Positions 14,236-26,629 of a stretch of 64,000 bases of DNA are shown piece by piece; within the stretch, counting starts at the first letter, position 1, and each line of letters opens with the position of its first letter. Made by a program: the position numbers and the translations under genes. Source of the DNA: Octopus vulgaris (lineage: Eukaryota); NCBI GenBank assembly GCA_951406725.2, contig OX597840.1, positions 15,004,001 to 15,068,000 of the forward strand. The letters run 5' to 3'. The notes under the pieces were generated by a model. It searched no databases. It was not told the origin of the DNA and saw only the letters and a program-made list of their open reading frames with translations.

Positions 14236-14334
14236 GTATACTTGCATAAACATACATATATATGCGTGTGTGTATGTATGTATAGATACATGCATATATA
14301 TATATTTATGCATACACACACACACACATATATA

Positions 14335-15191
14335 TAGGGTGCAGTGCATAAACTGTCACCTAAATTATGCAAAAATGAAAATAACACTGACATTTCATTT
14401 TAACAGATATATTTACCAAAATTACAGAAAAAATTTCTTGAAATACTAAAAGAGTAAATTCATTTAATAAAATCACCATTGGCTTCAACCATGGCCTCCA
14501 GATGACTTCAGAATCTCTTGCAAATCTCCTGGACAGTGTCCTTGTTTAAGTTGGTGAATGCTGCCATAACCCTTGCCTTCAGTTCATCTTTGGTGTTACA
14601 AGGAATTTTGTTGGTCTCTCACTCAACTGTATCCCTCACAAAATAATCAAGGGGGTTGCAGTCTTGGGAGTTAGGTGGCCAGATGTTAAGGGTGATATGG
14701 TCGCAGGAATTGTCTGACAGCCATGACTGGGTTCCCCTGATTCTGTGGCAAGGTGCAGAGTCCTATTGCCAGACATAGGGTTTTCAAGCAGCCACCTTCT
14801 TGACCCAGGACAACACTACCTCCTCACAGTGGAAAGATGAACGGAGGCATGACATCATCATCATTAGTGATCACTCTAAACACCATGATGTTGATTGGAT
14901 GTTTGATTTTTATCACTCTCAGAACATGTCTTCAGATTGCACTGTCTGTCCTCAGACTGACACCCAGACACTCTGAAATGTTCATATTGGAGATTCCAGT
15001 ATGAACGTCAAGCATACAGCACGTTGTTTCCAAATTTCTAGCAGAGTGAATTGCATCATAGTGCTGTTTTTTCTCACAGACAGTGCCCAGCTGACCCTAC
15101 TATACTGTGTAGTCAACAAAACTAGAATCAAACAATGTGCATGTGTGAAATTAAAAATATAAAATGGCAACAATTTACCCAACACACCCTG
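14335..15191 (-). mobile_element. Internally deleted Tc1/mariner element (maT/DD37D-like)
   Basis: Imperfect TIRs (c/t)agggtg...taaa(c/t)tgt flanked by TA. Minus translation: YVWQ*DSAPCH...IWPPNSQDCNPLDYFV...LEAMVEANGDFIK*. Confidence 0.85.
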
Positions 15192-15237
15192 TATATATAC
15201 ATATATATGTGTCTCTCTCTCTATATATATATGCATA

Positions 15238-15900
15238 CAGACATACCTCGGCTTAAGTTGTTCTTGATTATTCGTCAGTTTTCAAAAATAACACATGGAA
15301 AAATAAAAATCAATTTAAATAATTTTTCTTGACTTTACATCTGTCCGCCGCAAATATTGGAATCATAAAATCATTAGAAAACCGTTAAAAGCACATAAAA
15401 TCCTATTACTGTACAATAAAAAAGAATAAAAGTGTATAAAATCATATTAAAATATGTACAGTAAATGTTAAGATACACACCATAAAGTAGTGTTGCTTAG
15501 TGAACACATCAAACAACAAGAACAGCCAGAGTCAGCTGTTGATGTTGACGATCCACAGCCATCTACATCCACAATGTAAACCACCATATGGTATGTACGT
15601 ATTGGTAAATTTAAAATTAATTTTTTTTTTTTACTATTGCAAAATAATAATTACTGAATTTGTTTTTTAAGCTTAAAAAATGCTTTTATTTAAACATGTC
15701 TTATTGCAAACAGCATTCATAAAAAAGGCATCCGTGATGTACGGTAAACACTGCCAAATTGTATTCATAAATTTAGATTACTTTTTTTTTACTGTACTGT
15801 ATTAAAAAATAAAAATTATTTCTTTGTTGGCTTAAAATAGGTTTTTGTTAACCATATAATAATAATAAAACTAAAGTGACAATTAAATACAGAGTGCATG
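15238..15900. mobile_element. Possible Tigger/pogo-like DNA transposon remnant
   Basis: Starts TA-cagacatacctcgg and has an AT-rich body. No matching second TIR was found. Confidence 0.3.
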
Positions 15901-15927
15901 TGCTTAATTGGCAAAATATGACCATGA

Positions 15928-16495
15928 AGGTGCATGGCTCAGTGCTTAGAGCGTCGGGCTCACTCTCATGAGGTGGTGAGTTTGATTCCCAGACTGGGCT
16001 GTGTTGTGTTTTTTGAGCAAGACACTTTATTTCACGTTGCTTCGGTTTACTCAGCTGTAGAAATGAGTTGTGATGTCAGTGGTGCCAAACTTTTTTTTTC
16101 ATTGCCCACAGGGGGCTAAACACAGAGGGGACAAACAAGGACAGACAAAAGGATTAAGTCGATTACATCAACCCCAGAGTGTAACTGCTACTTATTTAAT
16201 CGACCCTGAAAGGATGAAAGGTAAAGTTGATCTCAGCGGAATGTGAACTCAGAATGTAACGGCAGACGAAATATCGCTAAGCATTTCACCCGGTGTGCTA
16301 ACGGTTCTGCCAGCTCACCGCTGTGTTGGCTCCTTTTGCTTTTCCCTTGGATAACATCGGTGGCATGGAGAGTGGAGGCTGGTATGCATGGGTAACTGCT
16401 GGTCTTCCATAAACAAAAATGCTAAGACTTGTGCCACGGAGGGGAACTTCCTACGTGCGCTCCCATGGTCATTCATGACTATAGGGGGTCCCACC
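15928..16495 (+). mobile_element. tRNA-derived SINE with V-domain-like core, interrupted by SINE B
   Basis: Head tggctcagtgcttagagc...gtttgattccc, core ttgagcaagacactttatttcac. Related bodies lie at 16640-16870 and 17325-17575. Confidence 0.65.
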
Positions 16496-16883
16496 TTCTT
16501 CATGTATGCACTGTATGTATATGTGTATGTGTGTATGTGTGTACACACACATACACAGGCACTCTCAGAGTTCATACAAGATAGCTGTGAAGACACATTG
16601 CTTAGTGGTAAAGGTCTTTACACCACAAATGTACCTGATTGCACATTGTGTCCTTGAGCAAGACACTTCATTTCACATTGATCCAGTCCTCTCACCTAGC
16701 AAAGATGAGTTGTACCAGTAATTCAAAAGGGGCCAGCCTTGTCACACTGACACTGAATCTCCTTGAGAACTACATTAAAGGGCACATGTATCTGTGGAGT
16801 ACTCAGCCACTTGCTCAATAATTTCATGAGCAGGCCATTCCATTGCTCATATCAACTGGAACACTTGTCATAACCTATCATAA

Positions 16884-17053
16884 GCATAGGAGTGGCTGTG
16901 TGGTAAGTAGCTTGCTTACCAACCACATGGTCATGGGATCAGTCCCACTGCGTGGCACCTTGGGCAAGTGTCTTATACTATAGCCTTGGGCCAACCAAAG
17001 CCTTGTGAGTGGATTTGGTAGACGGAAACTGAAAGAAGCCTGTCGTATATATG

Positions 17054-17084
<31 letters not shown>

Positions 17085-17296
17085 GTTTGTGTATCTGTGT
17101 TTGTCTCCCCAACATCGCTCGACAACCAATGCTGGTGTGTTCACGTCCCCGTAACTTAGCGGTTCGGCAAAAGAGACCGATAGAATAAGTACTAGGCTTA
17201 CAAAGAATAAGCCCTGGGGTTGATTTGTTCAACTAAAAGAATTGCTCCAGCATGGCCACAGTCAAAAGACTGAAACAAGTAAAAGAAAAAAAGAAT
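16884..17296 (+). mobile_element. SINE family A
   Basis: Full-length match to the other copies. Confidence 0.88.
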
Positions 17297-17780
17297 AACA
17301 TCATGTGTTCAATTTCTAGTGATGCATTGTGTCCTTGAGCAAGACACTTTATTTCACATTGCCCCAGTTCACTCAACTGGCAAAGATGAGTTGTACCAGT
17401 AATTCAAATGAGGCCAATTTTGTCACATTCTGTGTCATGTTGAATCTTCCTGAGAACTACATTAAAGGGCACACATGCCTGTGGAGTACTCAGCCACTTG
17501 CTTGATAATTTCATGAAGCAGGCTGTTCGGTTGACCAGGTCAACTGGAACTTTTATCATTGTAACTGATGAAGGGCCAGTTTTTGCAAGGGAACTGTAAA
17601 AATGTAATATAATCTGAAACAACTTGTAGAGTAATTTCAATGTCAACACCACCACCACTGCCACCCCTAAGTACCCCACTACCATTAACGACAACTACCC
17701 TTTGGCTAAACACCACCACCACAACATCCATCACAAGGCCCACCTCATACCTTGCCCCCTCCCTCCCCATACAATTTTTC

Positions 17781-17957
17781 ACTTAACAACCATTTAATCT
17801 TTTTTTTGTCTTTTTCTCTCATTTCAGGTAAGTGATACTGCTGATTATTCTGATGGTGATGGTGATGATGATGATTGCTGTGTTCTTGTTGTTATTGCAA
17901 TTCCACCACATCTCTGAGACCCTCGAGTCGAGGAATTTTGGTTAAGTTTTGGTAAGT
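17781..17957 (+). promoter_or_regulatory. Candidate recursive splice site with RS-exon
   Basis: Branch-like CTTAAC, ~28-nt pyrimidine tract, TTTCAG|GTAAGT (junction 17827/17828), and a second donor TTG|GTAAGT at 17952. Confidence 0.6.
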
Positions 17958-18651
17958 CATTTTGATTGGAATCTCTATAGGTCTGTTGCTATCACTCCCA
18001 AATAGAAGTGACAGAGAGAGAGGGGGGAGGGGGAAGAAAGAAAGAAAAAGAAAGAAAGAAAGAGAGAGAGAAAGAAGGAGAGAGTCGCAGTGTTCTGTTT
18101 TTTGAATAAAGCAACAACAACAGAAGAAGGAAGAAGAAGAAGAAGAAGGAAATAAAGATGGTGGGGAAGTGGGGTAGAAGGGCTAAAAGGAATTATTTGT
18201 CTGTTAGTCATTAATAATAATAATAATAATAAGAAGAAGAAGATGAAGAATATTGTCCATGGAGTTACCAGTTCCATACAAGAATTACGTACCTTCATTT
18301 TCGCGCAGTTTACAATATTGAGTGTCGATCAATATTATTCTTTGACTAGCTTAGCAACAGACTGTACAGAGCAGTCGCCGTGTGTGTGTGTGTGTGTGAG
18401 GTGGTGTTGGTGGTGGTGGTGGTAGGTTTGGGGTTCTCTCTGGAATTGGTTTTCGGTTGGTTTTTCTTTTCGTTTTCTTTTTGTTGCTTGTTTAGTTTTT
18501 TTTTTGCAGGTGGGGGCGGGGGGGGGTGGAAAGCATTTCTGTGGTTTTGGCTGATTGCTTCAAGAAAAAAAAAGAACTGTTTTCAATAAATGTCTCTGTG
18601 TGGCTCTAACTATCTATTTATCTATCTATCTCTCTTTCCGCCTGTCTGTCT

Positions 18652-18724
<73 letters not shown>

Positions 18725-18824
18725 TAACTGTCTATTTACCTGTTAAGTTATCTATCTGTCTACCAATTCTTATATATATACGTATATATATATCTTATGT
18801 ATGTGTGTATCTATCTGTACATAC

Positions 18825-18883
<59 letters not shown>

Positions 18884-19047
18884 ATGATATATCTATCTGT
18901 CTATCTATCTGTCTGTCTGTCTGTATGTATGTGTGTGTGTATGTTATATACATAATATCCATTTATCTGTCTCTTTTTATCTATCCACCTATTTGTTTAT
19001 CAATTTATCTGTCTGTCTATCTATTTATCTATCTATCTGTGTGTGTG

Positions 19048-19078
<31 letters not shown>

Positions 19079-19166
19079 GCATACACACACACACATATAT
19101 ACATTGATCTACCTGTCTGTCTGTCAATCAGTACACACGTGTGTCTGATGCATGGATATATGTATG

Positions 19167-19215
<49 letters not shown>

Positions 19216-20399
19216 ATATATACATTAACAGCTGATTGCTCAAGTAGATTAATATTAATTGATGCTTGTTAACATTTCACAGTGAGTTAATGTCCTCTAT
19301 CAAGTGATGCTAATGCAGGTGTGTGTGTGTATGTGGACATGTGTGGATGTATGTGTGTGCATATGATTGGTATAGTATATGTGTATCGGTGGGGGAGATG
19401 TATAGATATCTGTGTATATACCTGAAGATGTGTGAATGCATGTGTGTGTGTGTATGTTTGTGAGAGTGTGTATGTATATGTTAGTGAATGCGTGTGTGTG
19501 TGGGTGTGCAAACATCTGTGGCAGCTTGTGTACAGAAGTGTTGGATGTGTGCACGTGTGACCTTGCATATATCAGTGATTGTTAATGTGTGTGGATGTGG
19601 AGGGGGGATATTGTGTGTGTGTTTGTTGTGTGAGGACATGTGTATATGTATGGGTGTGGGAATGTGCCTGTGTGTGTAATGTATGGATATGTGTGAATGC
19701 CTATGTATGTGTGTGGGGAGATTGTGTGTGTGATGATATATCTAGGTGTGATATGGGTGTGGATGTGTGTATTATATGGATGTATATAGCAGGGCTAAGT
19801 GTGTGTGTGTGTGTGTATGTGTGTGTGTGTGTGTGTTCTTTCTGTATGTCTGTGAATGTTGGTAGGTATGTGTGTGTGAATGTGTATTGCTTTGTGTATG
19901 TGTGTGTGAATGCATGTTGTTTTGTGTAAATATGTATGTGAATGTGTGTGTGAATATGTGTTGGTTTGTAAATATGTGTGTTCTTTGTTTGTAAAACAGA
20001 GAGGGAGAGAGATAGAGAGTGTGTGAGAGAGGAGTGGGAAGAGATGAAAGTAGCTTTCAAGAGTGAGAAAAGTTAGGGGAAAGATAACAGCTGTGTGAGA
20101 GGGTAAGTAACAGATGATGAGACAATGGAAGGAGGAGGGCTTCAAGACTGAAGATAGCAGTAAGAGGGTGGTAAATAAGCAGAGGGGAGGTGAGAGGTAA
20201 CTGGTCTGTGAGTGAGACATTTGAGTAAGGAGAGAGATTGAGTGGAAGTGGTTAATATGTGAGTGGAAGTGGAGATAGTTACTATGTGAGTGTGACAATT
20301 TACAAATTGGAAGAAGTAAGTTTGTTTTGAAGAAGAGAATCAGATTCTTATAGAATAACCAAGTGGCCATAGAATTTGAATATAGCATAATATAATATT

Positions 20400-20896
20400 C
20401 TTTTCTACTCTAGGCATAAGGACTGAAATTTTGGGGGAAGGGGCCAGTCGATTAGATTGACTCCAGTATGCAACTGGTACTTAATTTATCAACCCCCCCA
20501 CCGAAAGGATGAAAGGCAAAGTCGACCTCAGCAGAATTTGAACTCTGAACATAAAGACAAACGAAATACTGCTAAGCATTTCGCCTGGCATGCTAACCAT
20601 TCTGCCAGCTCGCTGCCTTAATAATAATAATAATAACAATAATAATAATAATAATAATCCTTTCTACTAAAGGCACAAGGCCTGAAATTTGGTGGGGGTG
20701 GGGGGCTAGTTGATTATATTGACCCCAGTGTTTCACTGGTACTTAATTTATCGACCCCGAAAGGATGAAAGGTAAAGTCTACGTCAGCAGAATTTGAACT
20801 CAGAATGTAAAGACAGATGAAATGCCACTAAGCATTTCGCTTGGCAAGCTAACCATTCTGGCAGCTCACCGCCTTAGTAATAATAATAATAATAAC

Positions 20897-20974
<78 letters not shown>

Positions 20975-21080
20975 CATTTCTACTAAAGGCACAAGGCCTG
21001 AAATTTGGCAGAGGGAGTTGGTCAATTACATCGACCCCAGTATTTCATTAGTACTTAATTTATTAACCCCAAAAAGATGA
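20400..21080 (-). mobile_element. Three tandem SINE family B copies separated by (TAA)n
   Basis: Copies at about 20400-20618, 20658-20875 and 20975-21080 (partial). Confidence 0.82.
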
Positions 21081-21800
21081 AAGCCTTGTGAGTGGATTTG
21101 ATAGATGGAAACTGAAAGAAGCCCATGATAAGAGTGTGTATTTGACTGCCATCACCACTTGGCAACCCATGTTGGTGTGTTTACATCCCTGTCACTCAAC
21201 GGTTCAGCAAAAGAGACCAATGGAATAAGTACCAATCTTGAAAATAAAAATGTTAAGTCCTGGGGTCAATTCATTTGACTAAAATTTCTTCAAGGTGGTG
21301 CCCCTGCATGGCCACAGTCTAATGCCTGAAACAACTAAAAATAACATACATCTGTGTGTATATGTATAATAATAATAATAACGAAATAATTGTGTATAGT
21401 GCTCAGGTGCTCTACAACTCATCAAAGGTGTGTGTACAGTACATAGAATTATGTACTAAATTCAGGAAAGTGAACAGTCTATAAGTCATGATATATATGT
21501 GTGCATATGTATGGAAGCATGGAGGCTTTGAAGGATTATTTATATATATATATATCTGTGTGTGTATGTATATTACGGAGATGTACTTGCATAGCAAGTG
21601 ACTTGATCTGAGATTGTGTGCTGAAACAAAAACAATTGCAGCATGGAAGGTGTTTATAAGCCATTTAAAAACGCACAAAAACCATTAGATTCACTTCAAC
21701 ATTTAAATTTAATTTGTTAAAATATTTTCATCGCTTTGAAACCGCAGCCTGTTCACTGACAAAATTCTGTGCTGATATATATATATTCACATACACACAC

Positions 21801-22102
21801 GGAGGCACAATGGCCCAGTATTTAGGGCAGGGGACTCACAGTCGTAGGATTGCGGTTTTGATTCCCAGACCTGGCGTTGTGAGTATTTATTGAGAGAAAA
21901 CACCCTAAGCTCCATGACGTTCCAGCAGTGGGTGGTGGCGATCCCTGCTGCACTCTTTCGCCACAACTTTCTCTCACTCTTTCTTCTGTTGGCCTGCTCA
22001 CTTAGCCAGTGGGGTGGCATCATTTGAAGGCTAAAACAATGTGAAGCGCATTGTGATGAGTGATGTGTAGCAACATCTGATAGCCTGGTCGGTCACGTGA
22101 TA
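21801..22102 (+). mobile_element. tRNA-derived SINE, a further family
   Basis: Head tggcccagtatttagggc...ggttttgattccc with a GC-richer body, flanked by microsatellite. Confidence 0.55.
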
Positions 22103-22117
22103 TATACACACAGGATG

Positions 22118-22281
22118 TGAGGGCCGGATAACTGAAGATAGGTCAGTGTGAGTTTCCACCCCGACATCCAAAACTTGGAGTTTTATCATGGCTATTGAAT
22201 AATTGTCACATATTATTTTTACAGATAAATTTCTCTATTTACATAATATCGAGGTCTCTTTCATTCTTTTGTTGTCTTACC

Positions 22282-22315
<34 letters not shown>

Positions 22316-22802
22316 AGAGAGAGAGAGAGAGAGATAGGGTAAAGAAATATTAATTTAATAATTAATAAATTTTACCAAGTAGCTTCGGTATGGAAGAAAA
22401 CCGTTATCAGTAAAAACCTATACAAAAAGGTTTTTTATAATTATAAACATAATTTAGGGATTAGCAGAAAGTTGCTTCACCACATTCTGAAAATTTAGAA
22501 ATAGCAGTCAAGACTGCTAATTTTTCTAATACAATATATCTCCACAGACGGCAATACTCGTAATTCACACAGGCAAAAAGAACAAAAAATGACGAAACTA
22601 ACCAGTCTTTGATTAATCATGTTTGCGTTTCGGGATGAGAATTGCAAAATTCATTTCCGTCAACAGTATGATATTTCAAGATTATAAATTTGAAAATGCT
22701 AAATCTAACCTCTGCATGTTTGACCAAGTGACATAAAACTTAACAGAAGATAAATAGCATTTCCGAACTTATATGTGGCGAAGCAACTTTCTGCTAATCC
22801 CT

Positions 22803-22892
<90 letters not shown>

Positions 22893-23193
22893 AAATAAAT
22901 AAATAAATAAATAAATAAGAAATAAGAAAGAAAGAAAGAAAGACAGAAAGAAAGAAAGAAAGAAAGAAAGAAGGGATTAGCAGAAAGTTGCTTCGCCACA
23001 TATAAGTTACCATTTATATATATATAAATGGTAAGACAACAAAAGAATGAAAGAGACCTCGATATTATGTAAATAGAGAAATTTATCTGTAAAAATAATA
23101 TGTGACAATTATTCAATAGCCATGATAAAACTCCAAGTTTTGGATGTCGGGGTGGAAACTCACACTGACCTATCTTCAGTTATCCGGCCCTCA
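22118..23193. repeat. Perfect ~170-bp inverted repeat (22118-22290 / 23021-23193) with a nested ~35-bp inverted repeat (22768-22802 / 22972-23008)
   Basis: The arms are exact reverse complements by eye and abut (TA)n. Confidence 0.92.
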
Positions 23194-24559
23194 GAAAAAA
23201 TGCTATGAAAATGACCGTTAAACCAAGGGAAATTACTATGTGATTTACTGTTAATAAAACAAAAGACCTATTTGAATGACCGCTAAGTAAGGTAAGGAAG
23301 TAAAAATGTTCATAGTAATTGTGTAAGCATGCATGTCCTAACATACATTCGAAGCCTTCAATCTTCAGTCAAGAACCGGATCATCCTTGCAGTTTCGGCT
23401 GATTAATCTTGAGATTGCTCCTATCTGGCCAGCCCCAAAGGAAAATCTAAGCCAAGCGCATTAGATTCCTTGGAAGAAAACCTCGAATGTATACAAAACA
23501 AGGACGGAAAAACAGACGATGTTACACGAATAAGAATACGTGTATGTGTATATATGTATGTATATATATAAATATATATATATACACACACTCAGAGAAT
23601 GTAGTGGGTGTTTTTACGTGCCACCAGCATAGGAGCCATTCGGGCAACACTGGCATCAGCAATGCCCGAATGGTTCTTTTTACGTGGCACTGGCCTCCGT
23701 CATGCTCGAATGGTGCTTTTTACATGCCAATCAGGTGGCATGGGCATCCAGCTGTAGAAACCTTGCCAAATCAGATTGGAGCTTGGTGCAGTCCTCCCGG
23801 CATGCCAGTTCTCAATCAAACCCTCCAACTCATGCCAGCATGGAAAGCAGACGTTACACGCAGGTGATGATGATAATGAAATATATATGTATGTATGCAT
23901 GCATATGTAGTTTAGTTTATATAATCATGTGTACATGTGTATGTGTGTGTGTACATATATACATATACATGCACACACACACATATATAAAACAATGTTG
24001 GTGATTGTGGTGGTGGTGCTAGTGGGAAATCTTCGGGTGGAATTGTGTTGCAGTGAGCAGTAAGGCGGCAAGAAGGGTATGCGGTGGATGGAGAGAGGTA
24101 GGGTGGTCACATTTGGAGATAGGTAGATGGAGGTGTGAGTGATAAAATTATGATAAATTGGTGTATTTTCCTGGTTGTAAATGGTCATCTTCCATTGTTT
24201 GGGACATTTATATAGACAGGAATAAATTCTACCAAAAAAAAAAATTTATTTTCATCGAAGAACATAACCTTTTTGATTCTCTGATTCTAAACTTCTCTCT
24301 GCCCCCTGCCCTCTCTCTCCTCCTACCTATCCTCTTTCTCTATCTCTCTCTCACTTCTCTGTCTATATTCTCTGACAATTACCATCACCCAATAATAAGA
24401 TGTATTTGTATATTAGATTCCGTACCAAATTATTATGGACAATCAAATAAAAATACCAATTCTGTCTGAAACACATACCGGCATCTTTATGTACATTGCC
24501 ATCATCACCATCATCATCATCAACATCATCATCACCACCACCACCATCATCCACCACCA

Positions 24560-25020
24560 CCATCATCATCATCATTATTTTTATGTCAAGTTGCCCCATG
24601 TTTGGCTGGGTAAGATGTGTCTTCTCCGACACAGTCTATTGCAATTCTTTGTCATCTCTGTCTTTCAGTTTTCTAAGATCGTCTCTCAGCATTTCCTTCC
24701 AAACTATCTTCAGTCCTCATCTTCTAAATATTCACCCCTCCCCACATCACATCTCCATATCCCTCACCATATTTCAATGCCAGCTCTGTCTTTTCTCCAC
24801 ATCTGGATCTGTTGTCACCTTGTTTCTCTCTCAGCTCATCCTCATTATAAACTCATTCTTCTCACTCACATAACATTGCACGTCCAGCACTACATGCTTG
24901 CTTCATCTCCTCCCAACCTCCACACACATCCTCTACTCAGAGACCCACTCATCTGCCATGAAAAACATACAATCCCACTTTGTACGCACAAACATCATAC
25001 AATATAAGAGAGAAGCCTTC
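24560..25020 (-). mobile_element. Old decayed RTE-like 3' fragment
   Basis: The minus strand shows remnants of GFSL..LYD.C and VED..RL...EASM, and an RTE-type tail next to (CAT)n. Confidence 0.5.
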
Positions 25021-25255
25021 TTTATCTTCTGAGCTTAAATCCTGCTGAGATCAACTCTACCTTTCTCTCTTTTTTGAAGTCAATACAATTAAATGTACCA
25101 GTCATGTTCTAGGGTCAATATAATTGACAAACTCTTTCAAATATATCCGTGGTCTTGTGCCTATGTTAGAAATTACTACTATTAAAGCTAATGTATTAGT
25201 GATGGACAAGGACACACACACACACATAGAAGCATACATCATACATACATATATG

Positions 25256-25595
25256 AGTGACTGTGTGATAAGAGGCTTGCTTACCAATTTACCAACCTCA
25301 TGGTTTTGGGTTCTGTCCCACTGAATGGCACCTTGGGCAAGTGTCTTCTACTATAGCCTTGGGCCAACCAAAGCCTTGTGAGTGGATTTGGTAGACAGAA
25401 TATATATGTGTGTCTGTTTGTCATCCCACCATCGCTTGTTGGTGTGTTTACATCCCCATAACTTAGTGGTTCAGCAAGAGACTGATTGAATAAGTACTAG
25501 GCTTACAAAGAATAAGTCCTGGGGTTCATCTATTCTAGTAAAGGTGATGCTCCAGCATGGCTGCAGTCAAATGACTGAAACAAGTAAAAGAATAA
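25256..25595 (+). mobile_element. SINE family A
   Basis: Diverged match to the other copies. Confidence 0.8.
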
Positions 25596-26268
25596 ACGAA
25601 TACTTAAATATAAGCATGCATGCATACATACATACACACATACATACACACATACATACACACATACATACACACATACATACACACATACATACATGCA
25701 TGCATGCATACATATATACATACCCAAATACATGCATACATATACACATACACACATACATACACACATACATACATACACACATACATGCATACATACA
25801 TATACACATACACACATACAACATACACACATACATAACACGTGCTTACATACAACATGCATACAAACATACAACATACACACATGTATACATACACACA
25901 TACACACACGCATACATACAACATACACACATACATGCATGCATACATACACACATACATACATGTACATATACATACATACATCATCATCATCATCATT
26001 ATCATTCTTATTATAAATATATATAGGATTGAGGTAACTCCTCCAGAATATATATATATTACCCAAAATGAAGAAGATTGACAAAATTACTTTTTGAATC
26101 TGTTGAAGACACACAAGATGTCAAAATATCATTCACTAGATGACAATGACACTCTTCTTTTAATTTTGACTCTATTATTATTATTATTATTATTATTCAG
26201 GTCACTGCCTGGAATCGAACTCAGAATCTTGGGGTTAGTAGCCCACACACTTAACCATTACGTGCACA

Positions 26269-26516
26269 GGCATATGGCATAGTGGTTAAGAGCACAGGCT
26301 ACTAACTCCAAGATTCCAAGTTCAATTCCAGGCAGTGACCTGAATAATAATAATGATAATAATAATAATAATAACATCGAAAAATACCTTAGGAATGAGA
26401 ACCCAAGTTTGAAATTTCCGCCAGACACCTGATGAAGGCTGGAGGGTATACCAACTGAAATGTTGTGCTAACAACAAACAAGATGAGGACAAATATCCGT
26501 CAAATGTAAATAATGT
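26269..26516 (+). mobile_element. tRNA-headed SINE-like element carrying a hammerhead motif, with an inverted partial copy at 26196-26262
   Basis: A box TGGCATAGTGG (26275), B box GTTCAATTCC (26320), a (TAA)n linker, then the HHR at 26429. Confidence 0.7.
26423..26470 (+). ncRNA. Degenerate minimal hammerhead ribozyme
   Basis: CAC-CUGAUGA-AGGCUGG...CCAACU-GAAAUGUU-GUG. The core is intact; stems II and III are eroded by transitions. Confidence 0.6.
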
Positions 26517-26629
26517 ATTCTTCATTACACATGCTTTATTTGCTAATAGGAACCATAAAGATTTACATGTTAGAAAGGCATGTAAAGAATTACCTAAGAG
26601 AAAATCTTCATACAAAACTATTATTATAG

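Noticed and set aside
26269-26340. Functional tRNA gene (also the SINE heads elsewhere)
   Set aside because: No acceptor stem or complete cloverleaf; these are SINE heads.
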